This document shows positions 38,701-48,846 of a DNA stretch of 64,000 bases, piece by piece. Under the pieces are notes generated by a model, which worked only from the letters and a program-made list of their open reading frames with translations, was not told the DNA's origin and did not search any database. Source of the DNA: Balanoglossus misakiensis. Its lineage: Eukaryota; Animalia; Hemichordata. How positions within the stretch are numbered: the stretch's first letter is position 1; each line of letters begins with the position of its first letter. The position numbers and the translations under genes are program-made. The stretch is taken from the NCBI GenBank assembly GCA_040954595.2, contig CM082581.2:13527921-13591920 (forward strand), in the 5' to 3' direction.

Positions 38701-39775
38701 TTCGCAGCCAGCTTCGGCACAGCACCCCCACCAGGCAGGAAGTGGGAATCCTTCCTGGGAGCCAGGTACTCCAAATCACTGGCTGCTGCTGCGCTGGTGT
38801 TACAACAAGAGACAGATCGATGGGAAGATGACAACAATGCCATTGTGAAAGTTGCCAAGACGATGTCAGCACAGATGTATGACATGGCTGATTTTACCAG
38901 AGGTCAGGGGTCACTCTCAGTAAGTACATTCAAATTTTCACTCCAATATATACTATTATAATATTAACTAAAGAAGGATTTTAAATGTCTCAGCTTAGAT
39001 TGTTGTACTTATTTACTGTCATTTCTTTCTTCAGTGCAAAGAAGAAGTTATCAACACAGCCAAAGCCATTGCAGCCAACGGTTTGGTGATCGTCAAATTT
39101 GCAAGAATCATTGCCAAATATTGCCTGGATCAAAGGTAAAAAATCATTTTTGGTGTTGAGGGACTTCCCTCCCTGGTCAGAGCAGATGATATAGAAACCC
39201 ATGGCTGTAGAATGCAAGCATGATTTCTGAAATTGTCACTTTTGCCAGGTTTTGTGATGAGCTTCTGCACTACGCCAACCAAATCCCATCCTACGGCAAA
39301 CAGCTGAGTATCATAGCCAGTGTGAAGGCAGCCACGCCTGAAGACAAATCTACTGATATCGTTCTGGTGAAAAATGCAGAGAATTTGATGGAGGCCGTCA
39401 TGAAGACTCTGAAAGCTGCGGAAAGTGCTGGAGTCAAGGTAAGTGGCTACGACTGTTCAGAAGTTCGATCGATACTCGCTTTTCATCAAGTATCAAGCAG
39501 TGAATCTTCTGTCACCCATGGATACTTCTAAAGTGAATGACATGAGCTCGGTAAGATTCAGAATCTGTTTGCTTTCCCAGGGTTTGAAGCAACCGTCGGA
39601 TGAAGAAACAGGCGACGAGATGCAAGCGACAGCGTTGGCCATACAGTGGAAACGGAAACTAGACAGACATCGGAAGATCGAAGCCAGTTACACAGATACG
39701 GATGACCTGGGCTTGAGACGAATCAATAGAAATGTGACAGCCCCAACCTTGACCGAGATATTCATACAAAGATGA
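29772..39775 (+). CDS. Atypical long vinculin/alpha-catenin family protein (~26 coding exons, ~1,650 aa by manual exon sum)
   Basis: Vinculin-like N-terminus (RTRSVERVLAPIAAQVSQLIILNE...VPDL; EVRKIIKAC; KRQKELT). Alpha-catenin M-domain-like segments (DVFLETTEPLDRLIKA; KEWHGEI; LGRAKRVVQV). Actin-binding tail (WEDDNNAIVKVAKTMS..MADFTRGQG; QLSIIASVKA; NAENLMEAVMKTLKAAE). Stop is TGA at 39773-39775. Confidence 0.88.
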
Positions 39776-40427
39776 TGTTGTCATGGCAGTTGAATCGTGC
39801 AAGGGTGAATTAACCCTTGCACACCCCCATTTCTGTGCAAATGGTTTGCACCATGCCAATTGGAAGCAATGGGTTCAAACCATTTTATGGTGGTGCATGG
39901 GGAAGGATCGGAGGAAAGTATGCAGGGAATTATTACAGTACGGAAATTGAAATTTTCAGGGTTTTTTCTCCCATATACTCTCTATTTACATATAGATAAG
40001 ACTTCTTTCAAGTAATCACCTTGATTTAAATATTTCAGTCATTACTTCTGAAAGCAATTTAATTTTTCACCTTGACAATCTTTGCTATTTTTATCTTTGA
40101 TCTTCATATACATTCCATAATCTTTCAGATAAAACAATCTATTTTTCAGATACTCATCTAACATATCAAAAAAGATAATAATACATATCTTCGCTTTCCA
40201 AGCCAAAAAGACTAAACTAATCTAATCAATATGTTTAATTAATTAAGAAACTTTTACGTTTATTCACCGTAGCTATGAGTATTCACGCGCCTGTGAATAT
40301 ACTACTACCGGTATTGTTGTATGCATGTGTGATACTCATGTATGCGAGCAACGGGTTTATGTGCATGCTTATAACAACAAAAACAAGCCAGTTTAAGAAG
40401 ATATTCTAAGATATGCATAAGGGTCAA

Positions 40428-43400
40428 TCATTTGTAACTGTCTTCCAAAAGGCGCTCCATATGTTTCAATCTGTGAAGAACAAGAACAGAACAAATATTC
40501 AAATAGCAACTTGTACTTCTTCACTTTCTCTCCTGATATGGCATAGTGTGAATTACGGGTGAAAACACTGAGCTTTTCTCTAAGTTCAACAGAGACTAGT
40601 GACAGAAAGGGCCGTTGCAAATACCTTATTTCCAATTGCGAGACTTTTTCTTCCAAGACACTCGACTCGTTTTGTGACTGGCCTCTTCTGTAGCTATCCA
40701 CGCATTCCAGTTCGACTTCGTTTATCAAACGTGTTTTCTCGTGGTCAACGGCCGTCTGCCCTGTAATTTCAATGTAGCTTCAGGTAAATTCCTTTATAAA
40801 CATTCAGGGGGGGGGGGGTGATACCCACTAACATTCAGATATTTCTAGTACATGTATAATCATCATTGAACACGTACATTCTCCGAAAAGCTGAATCGGC
40901 TATTTGCATATAACTGGTGCCACAGTTAGCACGCATTAGAGCAAATTATTTTTCATGTCGCCTAGAATTCACCAGGACAGGGGATACATTTATCAAAAAC
41001 AGCAAATGTATAAAACTTTACCCTGCTTCCTGCATACTGACATGCAGCATTGGATCGCCCTGTAGACGTAGGCGAAGACAATCAATGGGGCAGGGATTGC
41101 GGGTTTGTCGGCATAGTCCCGCACCAGGAAATATCTCTTGTGTCGCCACTCCATTCTTGAGTTGGCCTCGATGCCTGCATACACACCGCTGTCACAAAAA
41201 CATAGCACACAAATTAACAGTCTTGCTTTCATCAGAGAGTTTAGAAACAGTTTGCAACGTTTGTTTTCCTATAAACCAGGCAAATATACGTTAAGTAAAA
41301 TAATGGGACTCACCTGAAAATTGCAATAAGTAGATTCAGCATTAAAACGTTTCCAATCAACAAATAAATAGCAAGGAAGACCGAGAACGCAACTGATGTG
41401 ACGGAATTTGGAAAGCCTTGAGGATCTGTTTAAGAAACCAACCGAACAATGTTGTTGATATTCAAAGTGTTATCTACCTTTGATGCTATAAAATCCATTC
41501 ATCGTTGTGCAATTTTGATTCTGTTTATATGTATTTCATCACAAATTTCAAATTCCAGTATGAATTACTCACGTGTTGAATTCATGCTATCAAAAAAGAA
41601 TTCTCCGAACAGCTGGAAGTAGGGTATGTAAAAGACGTCATTAAGGATGCCGACGCTTGGTGTCCGTCCATCAGAAATGATAATGTTTATGGCCACTCCG
41701 AATGCGATGATAACTACAAGAAGGACCCATAGAAACCAGTACATCTCTTTTATCTGTAATACATTGATAAATAACGAACAAGTATTATATTGATATGAAC
41801 GAACAACTATGGTAATATCTTCTAGATAAATGACTCATGATAATTTTGAATAGTCTTCAAACCATGATCACTTCCTAGCTAGGCTAGCGGCTATGGAGTA
41901 GGGTTTATACACTCTTTTCGAAACTGACATTATTGTTTGGTTTATACAGCTTATTTTCTTCGTGAGCTGATTTGACTGTGTCTTGTGTGTGTTTAGTTTT
42001 GTTTTGTTCGAGAAGTGTGGTGCTGTTGGTAACTGTAGATCACTTACCATTCCTCTGATCATAATTACGAAGGTGCCGAGATTTTCGTTGAATCCATACG
42101 CGCGCATCATTCGTAGCCAAAACAAACAACAGCTGATCGCGTACAGAACCTTCACCACTTCAAAGGAGACGGAGTTGTCATGGAAACGTAGTCCGAAGGC
42201 AGCGGCTGCGCACAGCAACGAAACAAAGTCAAACCAGTTCCAGACACTCCGCCAATGGGATTTAAATCTCCGGTGTACAGTTTCACGTTCGTCTGATGGT
42301 ATGAGCATCTGTGTGAAAATCATGTGTCGTTATTATGGTCTGTTAAAAAAATCTTTACGTGTATCATTAAGTCTCAAACATCATGGACATCTCCTAGTCG
42401 TAGTGTTCTACTTTGACCAAATCAAGTTCTCTAATTACGTACCTGCCTAACTTCCTCCATCAGTAGTATAAGCAGCCAGATATGTAGGACGTAATCGGCA
42501 ATGGAGAAAGGATAACGTCTGAGATGAATGGCCACGTGAGAGTACAAAATAACGAAACCCAGCCACATGATCTGAAAATATGAAGGGATGGACATTGGAT
42601 ATAGTGTAGAAATGATTACCGGTGCCTTGCCACAATATGGGCGGCGTGGACAAGTTCTCACCCGGCACCAGTTGAGAATATTTCAGCTGCAACCATCAGA
42701 AAAAAAAAACTCCAAACGCAAGACACTTTTACTCACCCAGTGAAATACGAACTTGGTTACCGGAGCAGAATAAAACGCCGATATCTTGCCAAGACAAGTG
42801 TTCGCTTAAAAAAAAATTGAATTATATAGGACGTTTTGTAAAACACAACTGAGTTTCGAAACTTCAGTAAAATCGAATTGTTTTTCTGATCACTGAATGA
42901 TTGCTCTGAGTGACGAAATTTCAGTCATACCTGTTCTGAATTGGAATCTGGAAAATATGAGCGGAGGAAATAAGATTGGGACAAATACCTGGAGAAAAGA
43001 AATACGACACATGACATTTTGTCAGTTCACTAGTAGCGGGTGGAACTACAGAACATGATAATGAAATGCCAACAACGTCCATTAAAACTATACTAAATTA
43101 GAGGAGTGGAGAGATAGTTTTAAGTCTTACTTTCTTGCACCAGGGTTCCACTATATCTCCGTCCCATCTACGGTCAAGCACCATCTGACATGCATGGTGC
43201 GCCACAAATCTCTGTCAAAAAAAATACGGGGCAAATTTCGATCAAAATGGTTCTTTTTAGAAGTGTGGAACTATAGCATGAATATATCATACGTGGGGTT
43301 ATGTAACTATAGGGTGGCAAAACACAAGAGATAATTAAATATGCGCACCTTGCATGATGCCAGCGCTCCCAAATCCAGGAGATCTAAATCTCCATATACA

Positions 43401-46400
43401 GGGTATCTGTGCCTTACAATTTGGAAAGCAGCAGTCGGGTCAACATTTTCAGTTTCTGTCAAGATACTGCACGCCTTCTCTTCAAAATAACTGCACAGTA
43501 TAATAGGAAATACATATTTATACATGTATCAAAGAATACGACATCTCATGTTGGCAACAAGTGTCAGTCTACAGTTTCTTTTAAGTGTCTTATATGGTTT
43601 TTATTTCGTGCCATTTGAGCACAACACGCAGTGTCTAATTCACTTTGTTTGTTTGCTATCAGTTAGCCATAATCGTAACAGGACATGGGTCATCGTCCAT
43701 CTGTCCAAACTTACTCGGACATTTGGTAGCGGTTGGTGGTGTCGTCTGGGTCGGGGAATCCCCTCCCAGCTACGTAGCTGTAGTACCGACTAGCTACAAG
43801 CGCCGCCGCTATGGGCTCTGCACATCCTGCCCAGAAGAATTCCGCCAAGTCGCTTCTGGAAACATAAACAGTTAACACATTGACCCAGTTAGCCCTAATT
43901 GTGACGTCAAAACTACAAGTACAGGTGTCTCAAGCAGATTTCACATGGTATGAATATGCGAGTGATAAAAACCAATTAATCAATCCCGGCCTGGAACTCA
44001 CCTGTTGACCACCAAGGACCAAATAAAAAGTTCCGTGTATGGTCTTGAGTCTCCTATAGCAATCAATTACAAAAAGCGTTTTTGTTCACAATTACTTGAT
44101 TTAGAAAGTTGCGAAATTATGACATTTATTCCTTTGAGTGCAATGTGTTAGTTATTGTTATAGTCCGTTTTATGGATGCGATACCTTTTAATAACAAATA
44201 TGATTTGAACGAGTAAAAGTGCATTGAGCCATCCTACTTTGTTTTGTGAAGTGTCCACGCATCACGTTTTGTAATAAACCATTAACGCTTTCTTGATAAC
44301 TTTTTCGGCCTTCTTTTAGCTATAGCCAAAGAAAAAATATATTTAATTCAATAACCTGTGAGATCAAAATGGGAATGTTTTCGTTCTAAACCACTTTGGT
44401 ATAATTATATATGTTATGGTTACTGCAGAAAATACAATTCAAGTTAACACACAATTTCAAATTCAGATTTTAATGTAAGAACAAATACCTTCGGAATCAG
44501 CGTCATGTCGCTTCTGTGTGCGTTCTGTAAAATAATTATTTACGAAACACACAAGTTGAAACTTATCAGGTCTTGTTGGTTCTAGTCCTTAAATATTTAT
44601 TAAATTTATGTAGAAAACGACCAGTTGTCCACCTCGCATGACATACCAACAGGATCACTTTGCCATCGTGTTTTTATGTTAAAAATCATTAATTTATTTC
44701 GCTTGCTCACCAATTCGTATAGTTTATCTAGTGTTTCCTCGTTCAAGTAATCCTCCAATACCAAACCACAGTCCAACAGCAATTCGATAAACCTCAATCG
44801 ATTATCATCATCGCTGAGGGCTCTTGTCATCAGCTCCGCTTTCTAAAAAAATCAAAGACTGAACAGTCACTTCAACGCCATCTTGCGTTCAATCAAAATA
44901 ATCTGAGTTTATGGTCATTCGCCCGTTAGCACACTCGTGTCCCACGTGTTGTATCGTTTTGGAACGAAGCCATTTTCGTTTCTGAAGCGAAGTTTGCACC
45001 ACCGCCATCACCATATGAACTGACTCGTATAATTCTTGCGATAGTTTATCATTACTCACATCTGCCTCAGAAATTACCAGACCATGTCGAAGAACCATTT
45101 CTCTCGCGATATCACTCCTGTTCCAGGAAAAAGCGAGGTAGAAAAAGTCTCTACTCGCACCCCACGCTGCAAAAGATAGTCCGTTTTGTAATAAAAACAT
45201 TACCTTTCAACGACGATTAAATTTCTTTCTTAGAAATCACATTAAACCAATTGAAGCTTACCTTTCAGTAAGGCAAGTAAAACGGTGAAATCGAAACTCG
45301 AACTTCTATTACTCGTGGCCACAGTAAACAGTTTAATCTTTAATAAGAAAGAATAACTAATTATAAAAGTGTATGAATATGATTTGATCCTGAATGGGTC
45401 AGGTATGTAAGCAATTGACCAGACGGCCCAATTAAATTTCAAACGCACTCTTTTAATATAACAATAATATCATAAAAGTCATAGGATTTCTCAAACATGA
45501 AACCAGCAGGTCGAAGTACTGGCAGACTTAAATATGGAGATCGCATTGTTACTCACCAAATCTTTTGAGTGGATTATCGATTCTACATGCTTCAAACACT
45601 CGTCCAAAAGTTTTTGACGTGTTTGAGAATCTGCGTCAGGATATTTAAGTTCAAAGTCTCGTTTGAAATAGTTGGCATATCGCTCTTTAAACTGCCTGAT
45701 GTTTTGAGAGAGAAAGAGAGAGAGAGCGACAGAGAGTCATCAAATTTTATCGAAAATCCTGTTACACTTTCTACACTAACGGAAAGGCATCTCCAGTCGC
45801 TAGCTCCAAATATGTTCCACGGAAAACTTACCCGATATCCTCACAGTCTAGAGCGTACGACAGAAAATCCTCACGTTCTGTATGTTCGCACACTACGATG
45901 GGACTTCTGCGAGCGATCGCGTCACTGATCGACGCCACCGACCTCACATCTGTTTGCATCTGAATGAATACGGTGGGTTTCAATGAATGATCTGCAATTG
46001 ATCAGAGGGAGACACAGTGACCCTAAAATTATATGACCCTTCCTGACAGCGTTTCCGAAAGAATAATATTCAATTTTGTCGAACTTACACGAGGCCAACA
46101 AAGTCTCCAGGCCTGCCATCAGTTTATCGCGAAACATGGCCTCTGTGTCCTCGGACTGGTTGTCAATGAGAACGAGATGTGTTTGAGGAGGGGGTTGAGA
46201 GGCTATAAAGTGACTCTTCGATGAAAATGCCTGTTTGGTCACCGCACCAGAACCCTGAAAATGATGCCAAAAGAAAATTGGTTCGTATGGATGGAAAACC
46301 AAGTTAGACAAGAAAAAATAACGTGCAAATCACGCATATGAATTTTCAATTTAGGTAGTCAGTTTACAAATTCCCAGTAACTGTTTCTCGCCCCTCTTTT

Positions 46401-48581
46401 TCCATATACATGTATAATCTCCGCAGTATAAGCTATAGCACACAAAATGTCAACTTACGGCTGTTTGTTCATCGGTTACAATGTTGAAGGGACTGCCGTG
46501 GACGGAGTGCAAGGTCGTGAAACCAACGGAGACCAGCTTGTCTCTGTCCTTGACACTGACCCTCTTTCTGACACCCTCCATGATCCTAAGGGCGTCCGCA
46601 TCACCCGCTTTTGTTAGCAACCACGCGGAACCCACAGCACTAATTAACTGCGATTTAAAAGACATTAAGTAATTAGACCTTGATGAGTCTTTAGCGTTTG
46701 CCTCCTCTGTCATCGCCCAAGGACGCGAAAACTGTAGATCTTAAACATGGCACAAATTGAATGAAACTAAAAGCACGTCTCTCATTCTGACTTTAAAGGC
46801 GTGTATTTCTAGCCCGAGGTGCAGAGAGGAGAAAGGGGTGTCGCCTTTAAGCAGTCAAAAAGTGCACAAATTAAACTGAAAATTAGTTACTGTGGGATGG
46901 TAAGCCACCAACTTACTCTGCATATGCCTTCAGTGACACCATTTTCCATATCCTCGCCAATGTCGCCACTCTGAGCATCACTGCCACCGTGGAACGACAA
47001 CACCAGATCTGGTTTGCATAGCTGCCAAACATCAAACATCGTCTGGATCACTCTTTGCATCCCTTCGTTGGCATCGTCGCCATCTTTTAGTAGGACGAAC
47101 TGAGAGTGAAAGTAATGTGTATGGAAAGTTAGGGACAGTCAGAGATTGGTTTGTATATTCTTTACTGACCAGATCGCCGTTGAGTGATAAATGGAGTTCT
47201 ATGTACCTGGACTCTCGCAGTCAGTGTGCAAACTTCCGTGGTATGCTGGCCTACACAATGTTTGGGGGAATAATTTCTTTCGGTGAGGGGGAGGGAATAT
47301 GTTAAGCCTCTTGATGACTGTACAAAAGGGTTTTCGCACCTTAGCTTTGTGTCTTTTCCGCTCTGACCTGGTCGGGAAATTTACTTCGCCTTCAGAGACT
47401 ATCATGGTCAGACCTGTAACAGAACACATATCCAGATTGATACTAGTAATAGTAGGCCTACATGGGCGGTGCCACATGTGGGGCAGGGTGACCTTACTAT
47501 TTTCGAAACACTTCCCATCACCTCCTGGTCTTTCTTTCGCGTACTTGATTTTTTCTGTGCGTTTTGCTGATTCAGTGTCTGTGCTGTGCTGTATCGTTTT
47601 GTAACTGTCTTCAAGTTTGCAACTGGCCACGTAAATATAAAAGTGGAACTTTAGAATATGGTTGGTTTGTGGTATGTGCATGGACTATTTGCTTTGTGTG
47701 TCCTTCGGTGAACCGATAACCTGTATACAGTCGGTTGACGACCCAATAATATGTTGACCTCAATTTCTGTCATTTGTAAGTCACGGTGCAATTCATAGGC
47801 CTGGTATTTGCATTGTCCATAATCAATGAAGGCACGAAATGTTCGTTAAAGCCATGGTGATAAGATTTGACCTTTAAGTGCGTGAAAGTTAACGTTCCTG
47901 AAAGTAACACAATGCGAATGGGCAGTGGTAGCGTTTAATACTGTGTTAGCATACATCGTTTGGCCTTCAGCTGACTTCATTTTGTCGGCGCATAAGGCGG
48001 CATGTGACCTTATGCGTTCTGTCTGTGACCTTTATTAACTGCTTTGTTTTCGCAAGATACCCTGTCACCTAAACTCTCACGTTTGTTACAATTTTGAAGT
48101 CACCATGTTGTTGTTGTTACTGCTGCTGCTTCTTCGGTCTCCAGGCATTGGTCCCAACTCAGCGGCCGACGCATTAACTACAGTCAACAACAAACAGCCA
48201 ACACCCTAACAGCCACCAGGCCACAATTGCTTATGGAATTAAGCTATTCAAGGAGTTGACCCATCATATCCATCGAGGACAGTAATGTTTTAGGAACTGT
48301 ATAATATACATTGTACTTACATACATTGCTGAGCGAATGACTGTCAAAGCGAGTTTTATAATATCCAAATAACACGAATGTATTGCGAAACTGAAGACGA
48401 TGTAAAAAAAACAGACACAACACTTGCCGAATGTCATTTAGACCTAACTTTGCAATGATACAACAGGCCTATTAAAATATAAAATGTTCATTATGGAATG
48501 TGACGTACATTTTTCAGTAAACTTCCAGAACTAGAAACGATCACGAATGATTATATGCCAGTCGGATTTCTTACCTTTCAT
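40428..48581 (-). CDS. Second, highly divergent TRPM-family channel paralog, multi-exon, very short C-terminus; N-terminal micro-exons tentative
   Basis: Minus-strand exons encode VWQLCKPDLVLSFHGG, QTHLVLID, FDFTVLLALLKG, LAFSWNRSDIARE, RFIELLLDCG, PYTELFIWSL, FVAHHACQMVLDRRWDG, EEVRQ, VWNWFD, LGTFVIMIRGM, PYFQLFGEFF, NVLMLNLLIAIFS, EWRHKRY, PAIPAPL and a coiled coil ending RLKHMERLLEDSYK* (TGA at 40430-40428). Putative start is ATGAAAG|gtaag at 48581. Confidence 0.85.
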
Positions 48582-48846
48582 TAACCGTCTTCAACTCTCG
48601 TCAATGTGAACTTCAGATCTCGCCAGAATCGGTTATTTTTAGCTGAATTCCTGCTCGCTGGTTCCTTATGTATATCATTTATATATAAAATGTTTGCGAG
48701 GGTGTAACGATCATGTAACTATACGCACGCATTTATATGTCAAAGATCCTTTAACAGGATACTAGTATGTGATCGAAACGATTGGTATTTGTTATAGCGC
48801 CCTCACACAACTTCGGCACGTTTGAGAAGAACGTTCAAAACTGATC
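48582..48846. promoter_or_regulatory. Probable bidirectional promoter, TRPM paralog / rhotekin
   Basis: Divergent putative ATGs at 48581 (-) and 48847 (+) are ~265 bp apart, in a CpG-containing interval. Confidence 0.5.

Noticed and set aside
46793-46850. TTAAAGGCG...CGCCTTTAA mini inverted repeat (Kolobok/piggyBac-like relic)
   Set aside because: Only 9 bp of inverted match, too short to support without genome-wide copies.
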